This document shows positions 10,828-43,600 of a DNA stretch of 64,000 bases, piece after piece. The notes under the pieces were generated by a model. That model was not told the origin of the DNA and did no database searches. It was given only the letters and a program-made list of their open reading frames with translations. A program made the position numbers and the translations under genes. The stretch is from Camelus dromedarius. Its lineage: Eukaryota. The stretch's first letter is position 1. Each line of letters begins with the position of its first letter. Location: contig NC_087462.1 in NCBI RefSeq assembly GCF_036321535.1, positions 3,782,001-3,846,000 on the forward strand, read 5' to 3'.

Positions 10828-11264
10828 TCTACCACAAAGCTTTCCTTAGCTCTAGCCCCGAACTTGGCTCCCTGTATAGTAAAACCGATACATCCGTTTA
10901 TGGAAGTATTATTTTGTGCCAGGTATCATTATATCTTGTTCATATAGCTTGGAATAGGTACTATTACTGTCATCATCCTATAAATGGAAAAATTCAGGTA
11001 ATGGGAGGTGAAGTCCCTGGCGCAGGAACAGCTGACTGGCCGCGGAGGTAGGATTCCACCAACTCAACCCACCTGCAGTGGGAGGTACCGCAGCCACAGC
11101 CACGCCTACCCAGTCCAACTCCTGAGCCCGCTGAGGTAAGCGCGCATGCTCGGGGAGCCCGCAGGGACTCCTCCAGCCGCCAGGCGGAGCGCGCGCCGTT
11201 CCTGCCTCTCTAGCCCGCGCCTCCCATGGATGGGTAGATATCCCAGAGTTCCGTGCGCTGTAGG

Positions 11265-11298
11265 CCCTTCCGCCGCGGCAGCCATTGGAGAGAAGCAG
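11265..11298 (+). promoter_or_regulatory. RPL36: RPL36 5'-TOP start and non-coding exon 1
   Basis: Pyrimidine tract CCCTTCC at 11265-11271, YY1-like GCCATT, and donor CAG|GTTAGT at 11298, inside a CpG island. This is the typical ribosomal-protein gene layout. Confidence 0.75.
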
Positions 11299-11397
11299 GT
11301 TAGTGAAGCTCCGCGTAGCATCTGTTGCCATCTGGACGCTTGGGGCCCCAGTGCAGCTCGTGGGTATGGCTGGGTGCAGCAAGCGAGCGCGGGGTAG

Positions 11398-12457
<1,060 letters not shown>

Positions 12458-12480
12458 GCCCCTCCCTCACGTCTGTGTGT

Positions 12481-12486
12481 AATAAA
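12481..12486 (+). terminator. RPL36 polyadenylation signal AATAAA
   Basis: 23 nt after the stop codon. Confidence 0.85.
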
Positions 12487-12624
12487 ACCTTTTCTGAAAT
12501 TTGGGTTTTCTGTGCTGGTATGGTGAGGAGGGGGGCCCCAACTACTTGAAACTTGAGGGGCACCTTGGTGAGGGGCATGGTGGTGGGCACAGAAGGAAGC
12601 CAGTCTGCAGTACTGGAAATGGTT

Positions 12625-12630
12625 TTTAAT
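12625..12630 (-). terminator. Likely LONP1 polyadenylation signal ATTAAA
   Basis: tttaat on the + strand, ~150 nt past the LONP1 stop. Confidence 0.55.
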
Positions 12631-12782
12631 CATAATTAAATAGTGGGTGATTAAGCCATAATTGAGGTCTTGGACTCCAGGCTTCTCCTGAGCTTCCTGT
12701 GGCTCAGCTGCCTGGAGCCTCGGCCCCCAGTAGATTCAGCCCAGGCTGGGTCCAGCGGTGCCAGCAGTGTCCAGGGCCGCCA

Positions 12783-32080
<19,298 letters not shown>

Positions 32081-32694
32081 GGCCCGGCCATCCTGGCGGC
32101 GGGCGGGACTTGCGTCACTTCCGCGGGCCAGGCTGGGGCGCACGTGACAGAGGGCGCGTGCCTAGGTGCCCGCGGGGGGCGTGGCCCGGAACGGACAGCT
32201 GCGGGGGCGGGACTTGGAAGAGTGGAGGCGGGGCCTACACGGAGAAGAACAAAGCGTTTGAGCTTCTTTGTCCCGTCCATCTATTCCGGCCTCCTAGCTA
32301 GCGCGCCTGGAAGGCTGTGGGCACGCACGACGGTCCCTAGAAAGAGAGGAGCTGCGGCTGCAAGCGCAGCTTTGGGAACATGTGGGCATACCGGTCCAAG
32401 CACTTGGGTGGCGTGCGCATCCTCAAGCTCTGGTTGGCGGATTCGGGCTTCCTGGGAGATGCTAAGTGCATGCTCAAACTAGACAGCCCACGGGCGATCG
32501 TCTGCGCATGCCCAGGCGATGGAGGGGCGTGTTGAGCTGGACGGATTCGGGCTTCGCGGGGAACGAGATGCGCATGCCCAGGCTCCGTGGCGGACGTGCG
32601 TAGACGCACGCTCCAGTTTGCGCATGCCCAGACTGTGAAGGGCCTCGCAACAGCAGTTGAGAGGCTGTGGGTTGGCGGCGGCGGCCAGAGCGAG

Positions 32695-35600
32695 ATGCTA
32701 GTGTTCGTGATGGTGGTGGCGACTACCTTGCGGCTCTGCCCGCTGGCCAGAGCTCAGCCGCTGTGCCGGTGGGGCCGTTTTCCCTTGGCTAGGGTGCCCC
32801 CAGGGTTTGGGGAGCGGGCGGGCTCATCCCTGAGCGGAGGCTTGGGTGGGATGCAGGAAAGACGTCCCGCCCCGCAATCTTATTTGAGGTTTCCAAGTTT
32901 ACTCCTCTAGGAAGCGAACTTGATACCCGCCCTTTCTCTCACCTTCCCCCCGACCCCTGCAGCACATCACCAAGTCCTCTCATCACCATTTAAAAACTTT
33001 GGTCCGATTCCGACCCTTTCAGGCCACCTCCACCACGCTAGTCCGTGCCCTCCTGTTGATCCTGGCCGGAGGGATTGTTTATAGACGAGTGTGACCTCGT
33101 CATTCCCCTCCCCTGGTTCTCTGTGGCATTCAGAATAAAACCCAGTTACGTTGCGCAGCCTTCCATTTCCTCGAATGATCTGGCCCACGGTTCGTCATTA
33201 GCGCTGCTGACATTTGGGGCCAGATCATTCTGGGGTGGAGCCATCCTGCATATTATCGAGTGTGGAGCAGTATCCCTGGCCTCCACCCACTAGATGCCAG
33301 TAGTACCTCCTTCCGCAGCCCTGCCCATCAATCACATGTCTCTAGGTATTGCCAAGGGTCCCCTCGGGATGTGACAACCACTGATGTGGCCCCTGCCCAC
33401 CCCTGAATCACTGCTCCAGCCACATGTCCCTTGAATATGCCAAACGCGGGCCAGCCTTGGGGACGGGGGGGAGACTTGGCGTTTGGTACTCCTTCCTGGA
33501 ACACTTTGCTTCCAGCTTTTCCCCACTACTTCTTCCTCATCACCCAGATCCGACTGAAATAGTACACTTCCTTATTTAAAGCCTCCCTCCTCCCCATAGC
33601 TGCTTTTCCCCATCATCACTAACTTCCATTACTCTTTTCACAAATGTTTTCTTGTCTCTTGCTGTCACTGGGATAGTCTCTCCATGAGGGTATAGAGTGT
33701 TTCTCTTATTCACTCCTTGCGCATAAAATTTTTAGATTTCAGTGTTAGATTAGTAAAGAGTGTACACGAGGTGCTGTGGGGGCTGGGCAGATGCTAAAGC
33801 CCAGGTCCTGCCCTCAGGGAAGTCCTGCCTGGAGTGAGCAGGGTCCTGTTTGCCGATGAAATAGCTAATGTGTGCTTCTGGTGTGCCTCGTTTGATCTTA
33901 AGGACAAGGTTCATGGTGTAGTGGTTCCTTAACCTTACTTGATGAATGTGAAAACAGACTCAACGAAATTAAAGACACACTCGCCTTTAACAGGGAAGTC
34001 ATGAGTAGGGTTTTCCAGTGAGATTTACTGGCAGGATATGTCCTAAAATCTGAAAAGACTGGTTACATCCAATTCTCCCCTTTGCCCACACTGGTTCTCA
34101 AAGCATGGCCCTGGGCCAGCCACATCAGCATCACTCGGGAATTTGTTAGAACTGCAGTTCCCTGGATCTACTGAATCAGAGGCTCAGAAGTGGGGCTCAG
34201 TGATCTACAGTTTACCAAGCCCCCAGGGTTGGCACACATCCAAGACTGAGAACCAAGATTGGGAAAAAAGAAAAGAAAAAAGAAAATCTTCCTAAACTGG
34301 GGTCTGCAAGTGAGCCTTAAAGAGCTCTCGGGAATATGTCCATTTCTGCATATAAATAAGTTTGTTTCAGGAAAGGAGGGACCACGTTTTCATCAGATTT
34401 TCCGGGGGCTCCCGTAAGTCTAGAAGCTTCAAGAACATGCTGCACTGTTAACCCAGACACAACCCGGCAGGAGTCCTGCGGAATACTCAACAAACATTGA
34501 CAGGTGTTTTCTCGTCTCTTACCTCTAGCATGCAGACGGTGAGGACAGGAAAGATATTTCACGATGGACAGAAAATTCAAGGGGTATGTGGGTCCATATT
34601 TAACATTCACGCTTCACTTTCATCTAATTGCTGGATAACAAGGAACCTTTTCTAGTCTTGCTTGGGTGTCAGTGTTGTGGCAGGCATAGACCATGACTTA
34701 ATCTAATCCTTACCATTGCCTTTTGAAGTAGGCGATAATCTTTCCCATGTCACTAAAAAACTGGTCGAGAGAGACCACAGAACCTCAGCAAAGCCAGGAG
34801 AGGGCTCTGGGTTTAGGACTCAGTTCACCTGAGTTTTTATCTAGCGTTCTATCTGATAGAAGGTTTTAAATGCAGAGGGACAGAGAAAGCAAACCCTTAC
34901 TTTGTTTACATGACGTAGTGTAGGAGAAAATTTCCTTTTACCCCACGTGTGCCTATAAATACAAGAAGAAAAAACTATTTTGTCATCTCAAATGTGTTTC
35001 CTATTGATGTTGCGTTATTTCAGAAGTGGTGTCAGCATTTCTAAATCAAGTGACTGGTTTCTAACGCGAGCTTTATGATTTTTGTCCTCTGGCCTCTCTT
35101 TCAAATAACAAATAACCTGGAAATACATAACAGAGACAAGAATGAGATGTGACGTGTATAATTATCCTGGGAATCTCTCTAAACTTTTAATTTTGACATA
35201 ATTATAGATTCACAGCATGCTGCAAAACAGTGCAGAGATGTCCCAGGTCCCCTCACCCAGCTTCCCCCATTGGTGACCTCTGACATGACCAAGGGATGAC
35301 ATCAAAACAGGAAAATTAGATGTAACCCACCTGCCTAATTTAGATTTCACTTTTACATTTTCTTTTTTTTTTTTTTACATTTACATTTTCAGTGTTGCAC
35401 GTTAGGAAATGGTTTTTGCCAGGTAATTATTACTACTGATTTGATGAAGGTTTTATGACTCTCTCTCTCTAGGACCTCCTGTATTTTTCATCTGCGACAA
35501 CTCGCTTGATTAAACATCCTTGCAAGAAAAACATAGCCCTGTATCTAGGGTAAGTGACCATTTTAGGTATTGTTACCTTCTTTTCTATTAAAACATTATA

Positions 35601-38600
35601 TTTGCCCTCATTCCTTCATTTAGTCAACATTATGAAAGACAACTTGGTCCTGAGCTGCTAGGTGCTGGTCTACAGGGAGTCCACAGTTGGGGTAGAGGCT
35701 GGAGGAAGAAAGGTGAAGAGACCAACAAGTCACTAAAATAATGACAGTATAGCATGGTACCACCTGTCATAGATACTTACTATAAATGCTTATGGGGGAA
35801 TCTGAGGAGAAAATGCCTAGAAAGTTTCTCTTGGGGAATTGATGCCCAAACTGGGCTTTGAAACATGAATAGGAGTTCACCATGGAGAAAGGGAGAACCA
35901 AATATGAATGGCCATGGAGCAGAACATTCAGAGGAGTGGAAACCTCATGCACTTGGGATTGTCAGGGTGCAAAGCTAAAAAACTAGATCCATGCAGCATA
36001 CCAAAGTGGGTATCCCTCATCCTAACGGCATTGGAGGATTTAGGGCTACACGGTTTGTGTTTAGGAGGATTTCTGAAAACCCAGGCCAAAAAAACCCCAA
36101 AACAACACAACGTTATAAAACCTCAACAGAAGGAAAGGCCACATGGAGAAGAAGGAGGCAGAGTCAGCAGGACTTGCTGGCGGAAGGGAGGCGAGCACGC
36201 AGTTTACAGCGGCTCCCACGTTTCCAGTGGAGAGAACAGGGATGGGGCGGCGGCTGGGGATGACTTGATTCTTGCAGGACACCAATGACACCTAAGACCG
36301 GAGACGGAAACTGGTCGTTCATGGGGTGGGGAGCTTGCGACCTCCCAGGAATCACCTGTTTAGCGGTCAGCAACCCTGGGGAATATCGATTTTCTGCAGC
36401 AGGTGAGGGAAGAGAAAGAGAGAGGCCAGAGCTGAAGAGGAGGCCATCACAGAGGAGCCAGGGCCCGTGAGTGGGTAAGCAGCCCCTGGAGGCGATGGGA
36501 GGACGGAAGAGAAAGTGGGGATATGGAGAGCCAAAGCTCATGTTACTCTCTCCACAAGCCCAGACAGAAAAAGGAGGGAGGTCACTACAGAGACTGAGCA
36601 GCTAGGGAGGCAGAGTCTGGAGGCTGACTGGATGGGCCTGGGGAGAGCGGGTGACCACGGAGAAGGAGACAGGTCTTCCTGGGACCAGGGTGGAGGCTGG
36701 CCCAGAACAGGGTGAGGACTTCCACAGCAGAAGCATCTCAAATGAAAAGACTTGACTCCTGTGTCGTTCCTTCAGACTGGGCTGCCNNNNNNNNNNNNNN
36801 NNNNNNNNNNNNNNNNNNNNNNNNNNNNNNNNNNNNNNNNNNNNNNNNNNNNNNNNNNNNNNNNNNNNNNNNNNNNNNNNNNNNNNNNNNNNNNNNNNNN
36901 NNNNNNNNNNNNNNNNNNNNNNNNNNNNNNNNNNNNNNNNNNNNNNNNNNNNNNNNNNNNNNNNNNNNNNNNNNNNNNNNNNNNNNNNNNNNNNNNNNNN
37001 NNNNNNNNNNNNNNNNNNNNNNNNNNNNNNNNNNNNNNNNNNNNNNNNNGTGGTAGGTGTCAGGGGCTGAGGGAGGGGAAGGGGGAGTGAATGCTTCANN
37101 NNNNNNNNNNNNNNNNNNNNNNNNNNNNNNNNNNNNNNNNNNNNNNNNNNNNNNNNNNNNNNNNNNNNNNNNNNNNNNNNNNNNNNNNNNNNNNNNNNNN
37201 NNNNNNNNNNNNNNNNNNNNNNNNNNTAGCACAATTAAAATAAATGGTGAAAGATATATTTTAAGTTATGTGGATTTTACCATAATTTTAAAAATTAAAT
37301 ATTTTTAAGTGAAATGAAATACAGAGAAAAATCTACAGTCAAACCAACCGCATTTCAAGCCCTCAGTGTGGCCAGCAGCTGCCGTGTTGGACAGCTCGGA
37401 AACAGGGCTTCTCCCTCACTGCAGAAGGCTCTGTGGTCTGTTTGTCTACAGCCCAGTGGGCTAAGAATGGTCTTTATATCTTTATACACTTGAAAACAAT
37501 TCAAAAGAAGACTTAGGATTTTGCAACACTTGAAAAATGATGTGAAATTCACATTTCCTTGTCTCTAAATAAAGTTTCATTGGCACATGACCACATCCAT
37601 TCCTTTATGTGATTGCACCATTCACAGAGATGAATGGGTGAAGACAGAGGCCCCTAAAATATTTCCTATCTGGCCATTGACAGAAAAAGTTTGCTGGACC
37701 TCTCATGTGGAGCAAAACACTTAAATGGCACCTCATTCCCAGAACACACTGGAATCAGAGAGCACTGGACTCCAACAGCTTCTGGAAATAAGAAACTAAT
37801 GCGTAATAAAGTTATAAGATACCACTTCTCACCCACTGTGTTGGCGAGGATGAGGGCAAAGGAGGATGAGGCTAAGTGGGTCTCTCTTCTATGGAGGACG
37901 GTTTGGCAGAATCTGTCAAAATGTTCAATGCATGTTCTCAGACAAAGATCTCACTTCCAGGAAGTTAACCTACAATGATAACTTGTTTATGTTCCCAATG
38001 CATACCCTGCCCTAGGCCTTTGTCCCCCTGCAGTCAAGGGGAAGAGCATTCTTCGAAGCAGGGACAGCATATGCAAAGGCCCTGAGGCAGGACCTTGTCT
38101 GATTGTTGGGAGAACAGCTCAAGCACCATGATGGAGAGTAAAGTGTGAAGGGAGACATCAAAGTGTCATCACGTGGGGCTTTGTCAGCTATGGTGATGAA
38201 TCTGAATTTCAGCTTAACTCTCGTGGGAAGCCACCAGCGATTAGACAGGGGAGGGACATGATCTGACTTCTCTTTTGAAGGACCACTGACTTCTGGTTGG
38301 AAAACAGGAGGCAGAGAGGTGAGACTGAAGGAGGACACAAGTGAGAAGCTGAGGTGTGGTCCAGTGAGAGACCAGGAGGCAGCACTGGAGGGAGATAGGG
38401 TTACAAGAATGGTGGCTCAGAGGAAGAGGGGTTGTGGGGAAATCAAGGAAGGTTGCATGGAGGAAGAGGCACCTGAGCCGAGTTAGGTGGTTTAGCCCAG
38501 GTAGGATTTCAGCTTATTAGGATAAGTGGGTGGAGAAGGTCTGGAAAGCACTGAACTGAGTCAAGGGCACTTAACTGAGGAGGAACAATGGGGTATCAGC

Positions 38601-40599
38601 CTGGAGAAGGGCACAGAGCTCTACTTAGCTAAGAGTTAGACTTCCTGTCTTCCAGCGTAAAGGCTGAGTACCACACAGGATGAATGGGAGTTGGCTTTGG
38701 AGGAAATAGGCAGTACCAGATGGCATGAACAAAAGACACAATATGGCATGTGATGTTGGAGTGTAAAACAGAAGTCCAGTGTGGTGAGACATGAGCCAGG
38801 GGCAGTAGTTCTCAACTGGGGACAATTCTGCACCCCCCCAGGGGAGGCTGGGCAACACAGCGGGGCATTTGTGGTTGTCATGCCTGGGGCATGCTACTGC
38901 CATCTAGTGGAGGCCAGGGATGCTGCTCAACCTCCTGCAGTGCCCAGGACAGCTCCCTACAAGACAATGGTCTGAACCCAACGTCCCTAGTGCTGGGGTG
39001 AGAAGCCCTGGAGTAGGGAGATGGATAGAGTTCAGATAGCGGATCTCCCTGTAGGTGGTTCAGAAGCTTCACCCTTGATCCTTTAGGAGACAGGCAGCCA
39101 TTCGAGTTTTCCAAGTAGTGGAGAGGCTGATGCCGGTAACCCTCACCCTTTGGGCTGGCTGTCCTCTTTTGCTATAACACCGTGATACATCTAATTCTGA
39201 AAGCATTCTTCTTTTCTCTCCCTTGCTGACAGCCATCACGTTGTGTGGCTGTCAGCATGCCAGTGCTTGCAGAGACTGGCATGGGAGTCCACCACTCATT
39301 CTCTAATTTACTGTTTTAAAATTGTGTCTAAAACCAGACCACATAAAATTTAAAGGAGAGAATATCAGTGAAGTATTTGACCTGGAGTCTACTAACAGTA
39401 TGGTGTTGATTTTGCACTTTGCACGTTCGAAGCTTGTTTTACTTACTTCTGGGTTCTTTTTTCTTTTTTTAAGTTCTGGATTTTTAACTAGGTTTCTGAC
39501 AGCTGTGCTTCCTGGAAAAGTGATCATTATATATGTATTTCAACCCCAAACTTCCTTCTTTGTATACTTTTTTCCTAGTGAAGTAGAGCGGTTCTTATGA
39601 GAAGAGCCTATGTTTGGTTATCTTTGTGTCCCTAGAGCCTGGTATTCAATAAATGTGTGCCAAATGAATGAGTGAGTCAGAGGTTTTGTTTTTTTTTTAA
39701 GGTCAAAGTAGGTGAAAATCTTGCAATGGTTCAGGAAACTTTTTTTTGGAAATCTCACTTCACTGACAGGTTCTAAAATAGAAACAAAACCAAAAATAGA
39801 TAGACAAAATAATATCCCCTAGTTCATGCTTCAGAGTTCCTCCCTTCCCCAATGTTTTGCTGGTTTTGATGTCAACAGAATCTGTGCGGACAGTATTTAA
39901 CCATGTAAAAGAGACAATATAAAAGTAAAAATAACTGAGAAAACCGTATCACTCTCATTTCAACTTCCTATCAGTAGTCCCACCCCATCAATACGACAAG
40001 ACAAAGATATGAAATATAAAGCACAATTAGATTGAAAGAGACAACGTCTGCCAAGTCTATGAGTACCCACTAGCAGAAGTAATAACTGATTGCATCAAGA
40101 TGGCCAAACGCAAGACTGACATGAAAAAACATCAACAGCTCTCCTGTGAACTAGCCATGACCACTTATAAAAGGCACTTGTGAGGGGTGCCATTCACAAT
40201 AGCAGCAAAAACTTTACGATACATGGGAATTAACTCAGGAACTCCTTTTTGTCTAAAACCATAAAACTCTCCTGCTAAAGGGACGGGAGACCTGGATAAG
40301 GATGCGGTATACCGTGTCCACGGCTGGCCTTTTGCTTCTTAAAGGTCTCCTGCGTGAGGGAACACATTGCTTCTTTCTTATATACACATTCCTTTACTTT
40401 AGCGGGATCAGAGCAATAGAAATATTTTAAAAAGACAAAACTGAAGTTCATCCTGAGCAAAACAGTCACTTAATGTACACTTTGTATCATTTTATTTTTG
40501 ATGTGATCATGCTTTTGAAATAATATTATTATTTCAAGATATCAAATATCCGGGCTTTAGAGGTTTACTCATGCAAAAATAGACAGATGGTAAATAGAC

Positions 40600-40634
<35 letters not shown>

Positions 40635-43600
40635 TGCACGATGGCTCCTTGCTAAGAAAGGAATTTTGTTTGAATGGAACAGTTTTAGATTGCCTGCCAC
40701 TGTCTTTTTCTTTTCTTGTGTGAAACTGTCCTGACTGAACTCTTTTATTGTTTATTTCAGGAGACAAGCTTTCCTGACAAGAGACAACTTCGAGAGCAGC
40801 CTCCTTCCACTCTCCATCCCTGAGGCACTGCAGGTGGTTGTTTTGCCCAATGACCCGCAGGATGCTTGACGTGAATAATACTTAGGATTAGATACAGTTC
40901 GGGAATGCCACACCGGTCTGTTCCTGTTGGTTTGGGGGCTTCTTTTATGATGTGCCTCTTAAAGACACTGAGCAAATTCTAAGCCAAAAGAAGGGTTGGT
41001 TCTATTCTGCCCTTACTCCCAAAATAGGAGCTTTTTTCCCCTGAAAAAAGAACCAGAATTGTTGCAAGTGCTCCTTATAACTGTTGTGTGTTATAAATAA
41101 ATAGACTACATGCACTGATGTCAGGGCCTCCCTAAGTAGTCCTGAACCCCAACAGAAAAACCTGTACCCCCTCAGTAACTGTCTTGAGAAATTTGACGGT
41201 TAACACCTATGCTACTGCAGGGCCATCTGTTAAAATACCAGTTTCTCTCCCAAGTGATGCCTTTATTGGTTCTGCTCCTCATCCGTCATCTGTGCTTTAG
41301 ACTGTATCCTCAGAGGAGGTTTTCAGATGGGAGAAGGGGATGCAGCGAACTTAGGTGTCCGAGGGCGCCAACTTTAACCTCCCAGTTCTACTTCTCGCTG
41401 GTCCCCAGGATGCATAGTTTCCAGTATCTAGGAACCAGACAACTCTTGCTGGCATAAGCATTTCTCGGATGCATATCTAGAAGCACTGCCTTCTGCATCG
41501 ATGTCCGAAAAGGTGCCCGGATTGATATCGTGCCGTCTGTCGCATACGTAGGTTAGCACGCCAGAAGTAACGTCAGCACATTTTGCTGGTTCGGTATTGC
41601 TGTTAGTCGTGAACCAAGAAGTCTACATTTATGACTATGAAGCCAATTCCTGGAATGNNNNNNNNNNNNNNNNNNNNNNNNNNNNNNNNNNNNNNNNNNN
41701 NNNNNNNNNNNNNNNNNNNNNNNNNNNNNNNNNNNNNNNNNNNNNNNNNNNNNNNNNNNNNNNNNNNNNNNNNNNNNNNNNNNNNNNNNNNNNNNNNNNN
41801 NNNNNNNNNAAAAGATTATTATTCTCAGAAGTACAGACGATACCGCTACTTGGATGTCAGCCACTGGCCGTTCCATCGTCATTTAAAATTGAAATAAAAA
41901 TTGGCCTGAATCCCCTTCCCACAGGGTGGGAACTGAGTGTTTCCACCTGGGATCGTGGTGACAAGCCACAAAGCCCTGCTCTGGTCGGAGCACACAAGGT
42001 GCGTCAGCAGGAGCTGTGATGGAGGGGAGGACGGGGAGGACAGGGGTGCTGCAGAGATGAGTCCTGGGTGCCTGGCGGCAAGGCTGGGGGGTGACATAGT
42101 CCTACGTATGTCGCATCAGGGGTGGGGACAGTGGAGAAGACTAGCTTTAAGGAGAGAGAGAAGCGAACCCTGGTGGAGGAGACAGAGATGGGGCCAAGTG
42201 AAGACAAGGGAGATGTTGTTCCCTAGAAAAGAGGAAGGACGGCCCCTCTTTTCCAGGACACGAGGAGAAGGGGGAGGGAGGACAGGTAATCACCAGGGGC
42301 TCATCAAGGTGAGAAAGGAGTCAGTACGAGGTTTCTTAACCCCTGTCCTGCTGACATCAGGACTAGGTCATCCTCTCCAGGGCCATCCTGGGCACCGTGG
42401 GGTGTGGAGTAGCCTCCGCGGCCTCCACCCACTCAATGCCAGGAGACCCCCAGTCATTACAACCACAGATGTCCCCAGACATCACCCAGTGTCCCCCACA
42501 GGTCAAAATCCCCTCGGTCAAAAACCACTGAGTTGGTAGATAACCATCTGGCAATTTGCTGTCGTTTTGTTTCATGTGTATTCGTTGTGATGAAAGATTA
42601 CGGGCCAGTGAGAATAGTGCTGCTGTGAGCATTTGTGTACAAGTATTTGTTTGGACACATGTTTCCAGTTCTCTTGGGCAGATACCTAGGGGTGGAATTG
42701 CTGGGTCAGATGGAAACTCTGTATTTAACTTACTGAGGAACCATCAGGTCTCCCTGTAATGTAAGTCATTCTGGTCTCTGTCTTTTCTCTTCTCTCCGTC
42801 AGTTTAATAGAATCCAAAGAGTGAACTCCCCATACCCCTTCTCCAGCCCCTGCGCCCCCAATTTTACTTTCTGTCTCTATGAATGTGACTTCTCTGGGGA
42901 CCTCAAATAAACGGGATCATTCAGTATTTGTCCTTTTATGGCCAGCTTGTTTCACTGAGCATCATGTCCTCAAGGTTCGTCCGTGTTGTAGCAGGTGTCA
43001 GAATTCCTCCCTTTTAAGGCTGCATAATATTCCATTGGGGTGAATGGACCACATATAAAAAAATCTATTCAGTTGTCAATGGACACTCAGGCTGCTTGCA
43101 TGTTTTAGCTATTATAGATCATGCTGGTTTGAACATCCATATACAAATGTCTCCTGGAGACCATGCTTTTCATGTTTGTGGGGGTATATACCCAGAAGTG
43201 GAATTCCTGGATCATGTGGTCATTCTACTTTCATTCCATTTTACATTCGCACCAGCAGTGCACCAGGGTTCCAGGCGTCACCAACACTCATTTTCTGTTT
43301 CGTGGTAGCCATCCTAGTGGGCGGGAGGCACCTCACTGTGGTTTTGCGCTGCATTTCCCTGATGATTAGTGATATTGAGCTTGTCAGCCACATGTATATT
43401 TTCTTTGGAGTTGAAGCTTCTTTTAAAACAGAATCAAAGAATGCCTCACTAAGAGAAGGGCACTCTTCCTGCAATGTTGGCAGAATCCTAAAAGAGTTTC
43501 TGCAAAACCAGTGGTTCTCAATCAGGAATAATTCTCCCCTCACCCCGAGATGACACTTAGCAATGTCTGGAGACATTTTTTAGTTGTCAAGACTGGAGAA

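Noticed and set aside
32081-32143. 21-aa N-terminal extension of LONP1 in the ORF track
   Set aside because: It starts at GTG inside promoter motifs; the first ATG (32080, ggccATGG) matches the known MAA.. start.
36602-37308. ORFs containing long X runs (also 41553-42019 and 52438-52725)
   Set aside because: Artefacts of N gaps.
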